A stretch of DNA of 64,000 bases from the NCBI GenBank assembly GCA_951406725.2, contig OX597826.1:61628001-61692000 (forward strand). Direction: 5' to 3'. The position numbers and the translations under genes were made by a program. Positions 39,950-63,540 of this stretch are shown piece by piece. Below the pieces are notes generated by a model. That model saw only the letters and a list, made by a program, of their open reading frames with translations, was not told where the DNA came from and ran no database searches. This stretch comes from Octopus vulgaris (lineage: Eukaryota). How positions within the stretch are numbered: position 1 is the stretch's first letter; every line of letters starts with the position of its first letter.

Positions 39950-40023
39950 ATGTGAATATGCGTGCATGCGTGCGCTTGCGTGTGCGTGTATATGTAGTTG
40001 TGTGTGGATATATGAAATTTGAA

Positions 40024-40298
40024 CATATGCCCACGGGCATATGGCGTAGTGGTTAAGAGCGCAGGATACTAACGCCAAGATTCCGAGTTCGATTCCAAGC
40101 AGTAACCTGAATAATCACAATAATAATAATAATAATAATAACATCGAAAAATACCTTAGGAATGAGAACCCAGGTTCGAAATTTCCGTAAGACACCCGAA
40201 GACGGCTGGAGGGGAAATCAGCCGAAACGTTGTGTTAACAACAAACAAGATGAGTAAAAATATCCGTCGAATAAAAATGATGTAAATAATGTAAATAG
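40024..40298 (+). mobile_element. tRNA-headed element with (AAT)n spacer and hammerhead motif
   Basis: tRNA-like ggcgtagtggttaagagc..gagttcgattcc; HHR at 40191-40236; flanked by ttgaacata direct repeats. Confidence 0.7.
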
Positions 40299-40884
40299 CT
40301 TGAACATAGACATTAATAAAAGGAAACCGGTGAGTGAATGTCGCTCTCACACCATAGAAACCGGGTAAACGAAATCATGGATCCTGAGGCACACGCACAC
40401 GCACACGCACACACACACGCACACACAAACACACAGGTGCAATCACAAACGTGCACACACGCACACACAAACACACAGGTGCAATCACAAACGTGCACAC
40501 ACACACACGTGCACACACACACACGTGCACACACACACACGCACACACACACACACACACGCACAAACACACGCGCATCCACACGTGCACACACACGCAT
40601 CCACACACACACACACACACACACAAATACACACACATCCACGCACACATATATCCACACACATATCAACACACACATACATCCACTCGCAGCTACAGAA
40701 ACACGCACACGTGCGCGCACGCATGCACGCATATATATACACATCCACACACACACACTCACACACAAACTCACACACAAACACACACTCACACACTCAC
40801 ATCCACACACATCTACATAAACACGCACGCACACGCATGCACGCACATAACATCTACACATATCAATACACACACACACACACA

Positions 40885-40927
<43 letters not shown>

Positions 40928-41134
40928 CACACATGTGTGAATATGCAAAAAGGAATAAAAGCATATGTACATGTCTTCAATGAACAAAGCAAACACTTTT
41001 GCCACTCTTTTTGTCTCTCTCCCTCCCTCTCTCTCTCTCCCTCCCCCTCTCTCTCCCTCTCTCTCTCCCTCTGTCGGTTATTTATTTAAAATAAATCTCG
41101 ACGCACATAAAATACTATTATTTTCTATTGTTTC

Positions 41135-41670
41135 TTATTTCTTTATTGCCCACAAGGGGCTACACACAGAGAGGACAAACAAGGACAAACAAACGGATTG
41201 AGTCGATTATATCGACCCCAGTGCGTAACTGGTACTTGTTTAATCGACCCCGAAAGAACGAAAGGCAAAGTCGACTTCGGTGGAATTTGAACTCAGAACA
41301 TAAAGACAGACGAAATACCTATTTCTTTACTACCCACAAGGGGCTAAACACACAGGGGACAGGCAAGGACAGACAAACGAATTAAGTCGATTATATCGAT
41401 CCCAGTGCGTAACTGGTACTTATTTAATCGACCCCGAAAGGATGAAAGACAAAGTCGACCTCGGCGGAATTTGAACTCAGAACGTAACGGCAGACGAAAT
41501 ACGGCTACGCACTTCACCCGGCGTGCTAACGTTTCTGCCAGCTCGCCGCCTTATTATTTTCTACGTTGTGAGTTCAAATTACGCCGAGGTCAACTTTGCC
41601 TTTCATCCTTTCGAGGTCGATAAATTAAGTACTAGTTACGCACTGGGGTCGATGTAATCGACTTAATACC
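41135..41670 (-). mobile_element. Tandem SINE family A (two units) followed by an inverted partial copy
   Basis: Junction gacgaaatacct|atttcttt on the + strand. Confidence 0.85.
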
Positions 41671-42218
41671 TATTAATCTGGAGAAAAATAATAATACCAA
41701 TTCTTCTTATTTGAAAGAATCTCGAGAGGACCACTCGTTAGAGCGCCGAGGCGAATATGGCCTGTAGTAGTTCTTTCAACTCTTTCGTTTTGGTTTCAAA
41801 TCCCGTTGTGGTCAATTTTGCATTTCATAAAACCGGAGTCTATAAAAAAAAATGTCAGTCAAGGAATTACTGGGGTTGATATTCGAAATTAGCTGGCCTT
41901 GTGTAAATTAGAAAGCATTTCCTCCAGTTTTCGATGCTGAATTATGTTATTCATTACTTTTTTGAAGTTTGCTAATACAAGATAGACTAAAAAAAATAAA
42001 TAATTCATATATATTCAATGAAATTAGTGGGCCAGATTTGGTCTGTGGTTCATATATTATCAAATTTCTGGTGGCCTTGCCTGATAAACAATAATCGTAT
42101 ACCACGTTTAAAAATTCTCTAATGTAAGGGAAATAACTCTGCGTCATTTACCGCCTTTACCTAGAGTTACGTAACTTGAATAAATTTTCTTTCTATGCAA
42201 ACGAAGGTATATTTTATA

Positions 42219-42592
42219 GGCGGCGAGCTGGCAGAAACGTTAGCACGCCGGGCGAAATGCTTAGCGGTATTTCGTCTGCCGTTACGTTGTGAGTTCAAAT
42301 TCCGCCGAGGTCGACTTTGCCTTTCATCCTTTCGGGGTCGATAAATTAAGTACTAGTTACGCACTGGGGTCGATGTAATCGACTTAATACCTATGTCTGT
42401 CCTTGTTTGTCCCCTCTGTGTTTAGCCCCTTGTGGGTAATAAAGAAATAGGTATTTCGTCTGCCGTTACGTTGTGAGTTCAAATTCCGCCGAGGTCGACT
42501 TTGCCTTTCATCCTTTCGGGGTCGATAAATTAAGTACCAGTTACGCACTGGGGTCGATGTAATCGACTTAATACCTATGTCTGTCCTAAAAT
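42219..42592 (+). mobile_element. Tandem SINE family A with 14-bp target-site duplication (TSD)
   Basis: aggtatattttata at 42205-42218 and 42593-42606. Confidence 0.88.
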
Positions 42593-43079
42593 AGGTATAT
42601 TTTATAAACGTTTCACAGAACGATTCACGATGGCGAATGATTTTAATATTATATTTTGAGTTCAAATACAACCGATGTCCACTTTGCTTGTCGTCAACCG
42701 AAGTTATAATAAAATACTAACGAAGTACTGTGATCGATATTAACACTGTTCGATCATAATGCGTTGTAAAAAAATAATTTTACTCTCAATTTCTCTTCTA
42801 TAGAATAAATACCAGTAAAAAAAACAAAAACAGGTTACTTTGAATTAACAACACACACACCTAAAGTTTGTTGTCATGCACTAATGTTATATATACCTAT
42901 TGTTTCAATAATTTAACTCGTAGGTGGCGAGTGGTTCAACTTGCTGTCAAGGAATTGTGATCTGTGAAAACCGGTTTATATGATTTTATGACGCATTTAA
43001 TGTTTCTTAACTGCAGTTATCTCCTTTGCATATGACGACTAGTATGTTATGGTTATGTCTACAGGTATTATTGTCAGCA

Positions 43080-43311
43080 AGGCGGCGAGCTGGCAGAAAC
43101 GTTAGCACGCCGGGCGAAATGCGTAGCCGTATTTCGTCTGCCGCTACCGTTCTGAGTTCAAATTCCGCCGAGGTCGACTTTGCCTTTCATCCTTTCGGGG
43201 TCGATTAAATAAGTACCAGTTACGCACTGGGGTCGCTATAATCGACTTAATCCGTTTGTCTGTCCTTGTTTGTCCTCTCTGTGTGTAGCCCCTTGTGGGT
43301 AGTAAAGAAAT
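43080..43311 (+). mobile_element. SINE family A, full length, with 17-bp TSD
   Basis: aggtattattgtcagca at 43063-43079 and 43312-43328. Confidence 0.92.
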
Positions 43312-44052
43312 AGGTATTATTGTCAGCACTGATTTTGTTACTACACTTCGTATCCTAGACGTCAGATGTAAACAAACAATGAGATCGAAGATGAAAAAAA
43401 AAAAAAAAAAAAAACACACACGCAGTAACGGGAATATATGCAATATTTCGGGAGTTAGTGCTCCTTTATCAGCACCCATATAGTCCCTTAATCCACCTGG
43501 AACACATTGCTTAAAAAGCCACTAAATATATCAGTGTAACGTTATTGGGTATACCAATTTTACATATACACATTCCTTAAAGTTGGTTCGTAAATATTAA
43601 TGATTTGTAGGGACTCGGTATTTTGTTATATAACCATAACATACATTATAGTATAATAAACTTTTTATAAGTCAATAGCGTGTTTTACTGTGTTAGCAGT
43701 GCGTTTAACAACACTTGTTAAAGTTATCTATACAGATATTCTATAAAAATTATTGCCGGCACGGATTTTGTTACGATGTTTCGTATGCGAGACGTCAGAT
43801 GTGATCAAACAGGTGATATACAAGTGTAAAGTGCATGGCTAACACAGTAGTACAATATACTTTATAGTATATTATTACCTGACCCCATGCCGTCAAGAAT
43901 GACAGCTAATTGTAATAGTGTTTTATATATAAATAAGGTACAAAATAATCACAGATACAAACATTCACATACTCCCCTTGTACACGCACACACATACACA
44001 CATGTACTAACATAGAGTTGCAGCGTTGAATGATTACCATCTCACTTCCATT

Positions 44053-44136
<84 letters not shown>

Positions 44137-44683
44137 GAGGGAGGTGCAGAAAAATTCCTGGGTTTGAGTAAAAGAAAATACAAGAGGATAAGTCAATTAT
44201 GGTTTTATTCAGTATATTCTCCTCTCACATTATACATACTTACTGCAGAGGTCCTTCAATTTATCTCAGCTCCGTAAAAAAAACCCCCCAAAAAACTCGG
44301 AAGGTTGGGACTCCAGCCAGGCTTTTTGCGATACCCTTAAAGCTAGGAACTTTTCAGCACTTCTCCGTACAACTGTTGTTTCATTTAGAATGGATCCTAC
44401 TTTGAGTCATTGCAATTATGACGATTTTCATGCTGCTTTGTAATTTTTTTTTTTTTTTTAAATTAAACTACTGTTTTACTTGTTTCAGTCATTTGACTGC
44501 GGCCATGCTGGAGCACCGCCTTTAGTCGAGCAAATCGATACCGGGACTTATTCTTTGTAAGCCCAGTACTTATTCTATCGGTCTCTTTTGCCGAACCGCT
44601 AAGTGACGGGGATGTAAACACACCAGCATTGGTTGTCAAGCAATGCTAGGGGGACAAACACAGACACACAAACACACACACAT

Positions 44684-44743
<60 letters not shown>

Positions 44744-45139
44744 TCTTTACTCTTTACTCTTTTACTTGTTTCAGTCATTTGACTGCGACCCCGGGACTTA
44801 TTCTTTGTAAGCCCAGTACTTATTCTATCGGTCGTAAACACACCGCCATCGGTTGTCAAGCAATGCTAGAGGGACAAACAAAGACACACAAACATATACA
44901 CACACTTATATATATACACACATATATACGACAGGCTTCTTTCAGTTTCCGTCTACCAAATCCACTCACAAGGCATTGGTCGACCCGGGGCTATAGCAGA
45001 AGACACTTGCCCAAGATGCCACGCAGTGGGACTGAACCCGCAACCATGTGGTTGGTTAGCAAGCTACTTACCACACAGCCACTCCTGCGCCTACAATGAA
45101 ACAAGAAACAAAAATAAATGAATAATATAAAAATGACTA

Positions 45140-45320
45140 ATGAAAAGTTCCTTTCCATAGGAAGCAGAAAAGTTGACTCTCCAATCTGAGCAAGCTGGAA
45201 CTGGGGCAAAGCCTTACACTCAGTTGGTAAGTTATGACAGAAGTGATGTAGGCATTCGCCACCATTGCTTGATCTTTCAGTGAAAGCTTCTTTTCATATT
45301 CCAAATTCACGCAGTTTCGA
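45140..45320 (-). mobile_element. Tx1/L1 RT-thumb fragment
   Basis: KKLSLKDQAMVANAYITSVITYQL..LFCFLWKG. Confidence 0.6.
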
Positions 45321-45334
45321 ATTTTAATGGGTTG

Positions 45335-45900
45335 TATTTTTTTAAATTGCTTCATCTTTCTTTACAATCCGGAATCAAACCGATATGATGAATCAATTGT
45401 TAAGAAACTTCGCTTTTACTTTATATAATAATTGTTATATCCAGTTTAATATTTTCTAGCTTCGTATCCGTTTGAATTGGAAAATCTCATAAAATCTTGA
45501 ATTTCTCCGACTCATGCACGCTTTCAACCCAATTATGATACCAAGAACTACCAGCTTCACACCTTCATTTCTGACAAAGTTTCTAGTGTAAAATTTTCAC
45601 AACTTGGTTATGCCTCCATGTCCCTGGTCCAACTTGGGGCATTCTGTTACAATGCGTGCCGTTGTTCCATCCCAAATCCAATCCACTATATTTTGCTGAC
45701 ACCTTCTCTCCATACACATATTTCCTGAAGCTGCTTGTTTTTTAACGCTTGACCTTGAGCTGCTATAAGATTCTCTGTTTCTTTCTTCAGTTGCCCTTTA
45801 TTTTTTTACCAATTCCTGGTCTTTGTTTCACACACACACTCAGTGCCTTTCCAAAACAATCCCTGCAAACACACCCAGCATCCGAGGACGAGCGAAGGAT
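45335..45900 (-). mobile_element. Old R4/Dong-like RLE C-terminal fragment
   Basis: Broken frames give LKKETENLIAAQ, RIVTECPKL, WRHNQVVKIL, KIL*DFPIQTD. Confidence 0.65.
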
Positions 45901-45989
45901 AAGAGATGTTTCAGTATGGCTGAAAGCTTGGGGAGGCGAAGTGTCAGGGGCAGTAGCAAAATATTTTTCATATACTCGAACAGAATTAT

Positions 45990-47800
45990 TTAAATTGATA
46001 GGGTTTTTTCTAAGGAAATGGCCAGTATTTATCAGCCCAATCTTTTGGATTTCTCCGAGACGTGGTTCTCCTGGGATATTATCTGGATGTGTCTGACATC
46101 CCTTTTTTATCATACCAAGAGTACCTGCAATAACAGGAACAGTTCTCGATTTAAGATGCCATATCTTTTGTATTACAATTCCTTAAGTTTATTTAATTTA
46201 TCAAATTCCTTTAGAAATATGTTTTTATGAGTAGGAACACTTACATCTATTAGTCTAAAAGTATTTTCTTTTTTCTCTTGAATGACTATATCTGGTAGAT
46301 TAGCCTGGATTGTTCTATCGGTGTTGACAGGAAAATCCCAGAGGGTAGTGACATTTTTACCTTCGGCAATTGGCTTAGGATGATGCTCATACCAGTAAGC
46401 AAGAGTGCTGATTTTGTAGTGTTTAGATATTTTCCAATTTAAATACTATCCTACCCTATCGTGGCGATTTTTGCATCCGCTTGGTGGACGTCCTGAGACG
46501 AGATGGTCTACTGTGTCATCAAATTTCTCGCGGAATCTGCATTTAAATCCAGACCCGTTTTGAAGGACGTTAGCCTGGTAGTTTTTGGTAAGCAATACGA
46601 AACCATCAGTCTTTGCTTTCAGTCATGAGCTTCTTGGCTGCTGATGGATTGTTGCTTGGTCAACATCTGTATTTCGACTTTGAAGACTCTACGGTCCATG
46701 CAGAGGTTTCTGGCTCCACCACTCCCCAATTTATTTCTGCTCGTTCTCTTCTGCAGTCTGTTTGATCCGTCTTGCTCTTTTCGTGGCAGTGGTTTCAGGT
46801 TCTTCATCTAATTCAGGGTTAATGCCAAGTTCCCTTGCAAATTTTCAAGCTTCCTTGAATACAGAATGTGATTTTTGCTGCTTTCGTTTTTGCACCCGAG
46901 CCGCAGTATCCAGTCCTCTGGACTAGATAAGTATTTGTTCATTGCTATTATGAAGGTCTTATAGCACAGTTCTATCTGCATCATTCCTCTTCCTCCATTA
47001 CTTCTAGGTAGGTACGATTAACGTGTTTTGGGGTAGTGCAGGTTCTTAGATGTTAGTAGTTTTCTTGTCTTCCTGTCCAGGCATTGAAGTTCTGTAAGAT
47101 TTTAGTTAAAGATGCTAACATTTTCGGAGTGCTGGAAGTGCCAGGGTGTTAATGACCTCGATGCGATTTTTGGAGTTGAGTTCAGTTTTTAGTATGATTG
47201 ATTGGTATTCTTCTAAAATACTCCTTTCGTATTTTTTACTTCATAGTGGCATGTTGTATACCATCTCCTTCGTTTACCCCCAGGTATGTGTAGCTTCCTT
47301 GATGGTAGTGTCGGTATCTAATTAAATGGAAGCTGTTTGCTTGAAATTTCCCCTTACAAAAGTTGCTGAACTGTTTAATAGTTGTTAACAGCCCTACTAG
47401 CTCTTCGTCATTTCTAGCAAATAGTTTCAAATCGACCATGCCTGGTGTTACTCGGTTCGTTTGAGAGTGGGATCAGTGCCATGCAACAGAGTAATGGGGA
47501 GAGGAAGTCACCTTGAAAGATGCCGCGTTTGATGTTGATGTTGCTAGATTGGCTCATACCATTACTATGTCTTAGAAGGAGACGTGTATTCCACTTGATC
47601 ATGCTACCTTGAAGGAATATGAAGACTGTAGAAGAGATCTTGTATATCTCAAGGAGATCAAGCGGGAAACTATCAAGTACTTTCTTGTGGTCTATCCATG
47701 CCATACTCAGGTTCTTCTTGCTCCGGCAATTTTTTACAATCATTTTATTTATGAGTAATTGATCTTTGCATCCATAAGAATTCCATTTACAACCTTTTAC
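45990..47800 (-). mobile_element. Degraded R4/Dong-like RT-RLE element (same family as 27680-28575)
   Basis: KGCKWNSYGCKDQLLINK, LSMAWIDHKK, GIFQGDFLSPL, DLKLFARND; RLE end LGEIQKIGLINTGHFL. Confidence 0.88.
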
Positions 47801-48019
47801 AGAAATATCTAAATCACTGCTATGATGTGGACGACGACGTCGACGAAAATAAGGGTGAACTGGTGTTGGCATCCTTCGTGCGACACGGCTTTCCACAGAT
47901 CATCTCATTGCAGTCATGGGTCAAACGTAGACTAAAGTTAGGCTTTGGAATCTAGAATATTGTCAGGCACTCACTGCATTGTACCAGCTGCTCAAAACCG
48001 TTTGCAGAAAAACAACCCC

Positions 48020-48945
48020 AAATTTCTATAGGGTGATAGTTGAAGGTATGAGTGATGATGGCCTAGGATTGAATCTAGGCATCGACGAGAATAATCTGAG
48101 TAGTCTCTTCCAGACGACCTTCGGGTCGAAATCATGGACAATTTCCAAAAGTCTTTGGCTTGGCGATGCTACAGAGGAGCATTGCCCGTTCGAGACAAGC
48201 TCTTCAGGCATGGCAGTGCCAACAGCCGAACTTGCTCGAGATGCTTGCAGGGGAATGAAAGTGTCCTGCATGAAATAATTCAGAGATTTGCGAGATTGTG
48301 TAGAGCAGCTGTTGTCGCGTGTAAGACGAATACAGGTGTCTGCTGGGGGTATAGTGTAGATCAACACACCAAGTTTCCTAAACAGACAAGGAAGGCAGAT
48401 TATTCTCTGCTTAGTGGCTGTAGCAAAAGAGGCTGTGTGGTGGACCGTCTGAAAGGCTTGAATAAAAGCACATTCCTATCAGGTCAAGCCCTCATCAATG
48501 TCTTCAAATAATCATTTGAAGAGGAAGGTGAAGTTAGAGAGGGAGATGCTACCTTCTAGTTAGTTTATCAAAAGGTGGTCGACAGTGGCAAGACTGGTGA
48601 GACTGAATAGACCTACTCTGAATATGCTTTTCTAAGCAGGAGAAAATGAACTGGAAGGGGGCACTTTCCCATGTCTTGGAGATGGCAGAGTAATCTAGGA
48701 TTTTGTGTGGGTTTAACCCGGATTATTCTAAGTGAACCGACCCGCTATCGGGATTCTGTTTACTCATTATTTATTTCTCTACTTTCTATTATATATCCTC
48801 TGTTATATCCTTTAATGGGGTAGTATCTCCCCTTGATTGATATTAACACTACATGTTTTTTTTTTTTTTTTTTTTTTTGGTACTGTAATTCGTACTTCGA
48901 TATTGTCGTCTATGTCTTGGGCCCTTGTGGCCAATAAAAGAAATC
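48020..48945 (+). mobile_element. Tx1/L1-like 3' fragment
   Basis: SLAWRCYRGALPVRDKLFRHG..CSRCLQGNESVLH; end ggcccttgtggccaataaaagaaat. Confidence 0.8.
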
Positions 48946-48962
48946 ACCATTATTATTATTAA

Positions 48963-49029
<67 letters not shown>

Positions 49030-49233
49030 GTTGTTGTTGTTGTTGTTATTATTATTATTATTATTATTATCATCATCATCATCATCATCACCACCGCCGC
49101 CACCACCACCACCACCACCACCACCACCACCACCACCACCACCACCACCACCACCACCATCATCCTCCTCCTCCTCCTCCTCATCATCATCATCATCATC
49201 ATCATCATCACTATTATTATTATTATTATTATT
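48946..49233. repeat. Compound trinucleotide microsatellite (ATT/GTT/ATC/ACC/CTC)
   Basis: Direct reading. Confidence 0.95.
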
Positions 49234-58009
<8,776 letters not shown>

Positions 58010-58010
<1 letters not shown>

Positions 58011-58210
58011 GGCAGTGAGCTAGTAGATTCATTAGCACATCGGACCAAATGCCTAGTGTTATTTCTTACCATTCCTTACGTTCTGAGTTCAAATTCTGCC
58101 GAGGTCAACTTTACCTGTCATCCTTTGGGGGTCACTAAGATAACAGTTGAACACTGGGGATGATGTAACTGAGGAACTCCCTTTCTCATAAAATTTCAGG
58201 CCTTGTGTCA
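58010..58210 (+). mobile_element. Diverged SINE family A copy
   Basis: ggcagtgagctag..ctgagttcaaattctgccgaggtc. Confidence 0.7.
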
Positions 58211-58294
58211 ATTGTATTATTATATTTTTTATTATTATTATTCCTTCATTTGCACAGTGACCATCTTGTGAACATTGGGTCGTTTAATCGACTC

Positions 58295-58600
58295 CCTATC
58301 AAATTATGTAATCCCAGTTATACAGTACGTTCCGTAAGATATTTGCTCTTCCCAAAAGTATTGTCTTTAGCACTGTTGTAAAGCTGAGACAGATTCCAAC
58401 TTTGTGAAGGTGTTTCTGGAGGCTTATCGTCATCGACGCAACTGCTCCAATCACAATTGGTATCACACATGCTTTTATTCTCTTCATTTTCTCGACTCTC
58501 ATGTCAATATATTTTACAATTTTCTCGTTTTCTTTATCATTGATATAATGGTCACCTGGGAAAGCTTAACCGATCAACAAACAACGTTTTACAGTAGCTT
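58295..58600 (-). mobile_element. RLE retrotransposon C-terminal remnant
   Basis: IPIVIGAVASM..KTILLGRANILRNVL. Confidence 0.7.
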
Positions 58601-58653
58601 TCTCCACCAACGAAGAATTATTTCATATTCTCTTGAAAGTTTACATATTTGCA

Positions 58654-58723
<70 letters not shown>

Positions 58724-58725
<2 letters not shown>

Positions 58726-58920
58726 CCATGATAGATCGATAGCTCCTACACGCATTTTTTTCTCTCCTTGTTTTTTTCTGTGTATCTTTCTGTCGAAGAG
58801 CGTAGGCTCGAAACGTAAAATACTTTTTCTATTTCTATTCCTGAGCGCTATACTAATACATTTGTTTGTTTGTACTCCACCTACCTTCGTCTTTTGTTTA
58901 TTTTCGTAAACTTTCCCGTT
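58724..58920 (+). mobile_element. ~200-bp (TA)n-embedded hammerhead-bearing element
   Basis: (TA)n on both sides; atcttt-CUGUCGAA-gagc-gtag-gctc-GAAA-CGUA at 58784-58823. Confidence 0.75.
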
Positions 58921-59108
58921 ATATATATATATATATATATATATATAGGCATGGCTGTGTGGTAAGAAACTTTCCAACCACATGGTTCCGAGATCAGTCC
59001 CACTGCATGGCTTCTTGGGCAAGTTGGACCAGAGTCTTCTGCTACAGCCTCGAACCGACCAAGGCCATGTGAGTGGATTTGGTAGACGGAAACTGAAAGA
59101 AGCCTGCC

Positions 59109-59142
<34 letters not shown>

Positions 59143-59789
59143 GGCAGGCTTCTTTCAGTTTCCGTCTACCAAATCCACTTCATGTCTGCGTTTGTCCTAT
59201 CGCCATTACTTGACATCCGATATTGGTGTGTTTATGTCCCTATAACTTCGAGCAAATAGACCTATAGAATAAGTACAGTGCTTACAAAGAATAAATCCTG
59301 GGGTCGATTTCTTCGGCGAAAGCCTTTTAAGGCGGTACTCCAGCTTGGTCGCCATCAAATGACTGAAACATGTAAAAGAATAAAACAATAAAACACTGTA
59401 TATATGTATGTATAATATGTATGTAATTATGTATGTAATATGTATATATATGTATGCGCGTGTGTCTATATGTGTTTCTATACACAGGCATGTGTATAAC
59501 CAATAAGAAAAAACGACATCTGCTGTCAAAAAACAAATAACAAACAAAGCCCTCGTTTTTTGAAATACAATGTTTAATAGTTTTCGACAAAACTCATATA
59601 TTTGAAGCAGCAGATTAAATGTTGAATCATGAAATATGTGAGGCAAACAACACAGGATGGCGTAATTGTTTTATAAGAGTGGCATAAGTAACATGGAGAT
59701 TCTGCCTTCTTGAATTTGTTATGAAATAACGAGTGTGTAGGTCCATTCATACTTACACATATACATTCAATCATTAATTCATTCATTCA

Positions 59790-61870
<2,081 letters not shown>

Positions 61871-63149
61871 GAGGTGTATATGTGGAATGATATAGCCTTA
61901 CTATACTTTTGTAAGTTCTCTTTTGTTCTCTTTTCAGCCTTTTTTTCATTTTTTTTTTTCATTCGTTTATTCATCCATTCCTTTATATCTATATTCCTTC
62001 ATACATTTAATTCTGTTATTTATTCTTCCTGCATATTATTCCTATATTTATAGCCATCTATTTTCAAATATCTATACTCCGTTATTTTCGTTATTTAATC
62101 CTATATTCTGTTGTCCTCCTTTGCTCTTTTACGTCTCTTACTCTTTTTCATTTTTGTATATACTCATTGTTGTATACATTCATAAATATATTTCTTGATA
62201 TCATTCTATCAAACTTATATTTATTCATATATATATACTTGTTTTACTCCTTTATATTCTTTCCTAATTTGCATCATTATTCTTTAATTCTATTCTTTCA
62301 TTGTTTGATATTATTCTTTCATTCCGCTATAATATTACTCCATTCTATTTCTCTATTCCTTTTAATGTAATCTTCTATTCCTTCAATTTATATATTCTTT
62401 ATACTAAGCACCTGTTTTAATACGTTTTAAATTCTCTCCTACATACACCGTTAACAGTTATCGATTGGTAGAATCTTTTTAGAGCATTGAACAAAATTCA
62501 TTCATTGAAATATATATTTTCACCCTGTGCGTTCTAAGTTCAAATCCCACTGAGATCAATTCCGCCTTTCATCTTTTCGGAAACAATAAAATATTGCACC
62601 AGTCACGTATTAGGGATCGATGTAATCGACTGTACCACTCCTTTGAAATTATTATACACACCGTTGTTTTTAGTCTAATATACAACATTATATACATCAT
62701 CTTAATGACAGATTCCCAGCAAGACTACTATCACCTTCCAAATCGCACCACCCCCACTTATGCCGCATACATCCTGCTCTAATCAAATACTTAATTTTTT
62801 CTTCTCACGACCTTCATTTCTCTGGTATTAATCCCTTCCAGTTTTCCTACGCATGTCAACTACTAAAATACGTCGAAATATGGCGATATCTCCAGTAACA
62901 CACGAACAACAAATGTTACTGGCACTAGTTTTTTTCCTTCTGAAAAAAAAAAGAATAAAGAAAGCAAAATTATGACAAAACAAACCTTAAAGGCCTTCAT
63001 CCAAACACCTCCAATGCTCCGTTTTATCAACATTTGTTAAAACATTCATTTCCAAACCATCAAATATCTGAAACACTCCATTCTTTCTGTTACACTTTTG
63101 CTAACAATATCGGTTTACAGAAGTTTAAGATGAAAATCATGCTTTTAAC

Positions 63150-63540
63150 CTTCCTTAATGTAAAGACCAACTTGTTTGTTTTAATATACATAAACTGGAA
63201 TATGTAAATGTGTTAATGCAAGAACTGAGCATTGAAAAGGGCTCTACATTATCGTAACGTAGAGTCCTTGGGACAGGCCACTGTCTTAATGCAATAACTA
63301 AACATAGTCTTATGCAAGAATTAGACAGTGTCTTAGTAGATGAAGTGAACATTGTTTATATACGAAGAATAAACACTCTCCTAATGCAAAGACTGGAGAC
63401 TGTCTTGTTGCAAGGACTGGACGACGTTTAGATACAAGTACTCGACAATGTTTTAATATGAAGACTAAATATATTGTCTTGTTACAAAATCTGGACGATG
63501 TCTTAACGCCAGGAATGGATATCTAAGCTTAATACAAACA
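63150..63540. repeat. Ancient degenerate 24-bp tandem repeat
   Basis: Consensus about cactgtcttaatgcaagaactgga; at least 10 units read by eye from 63279. Confidence 0.7.

Noticed and set aside
40043-40115. Functional tRNA gene
   Set aside because: The acceptor stem is imperfect and the unit sits in a repeated element; it is treated as a tRNA-derived head, like the other SINE heads.
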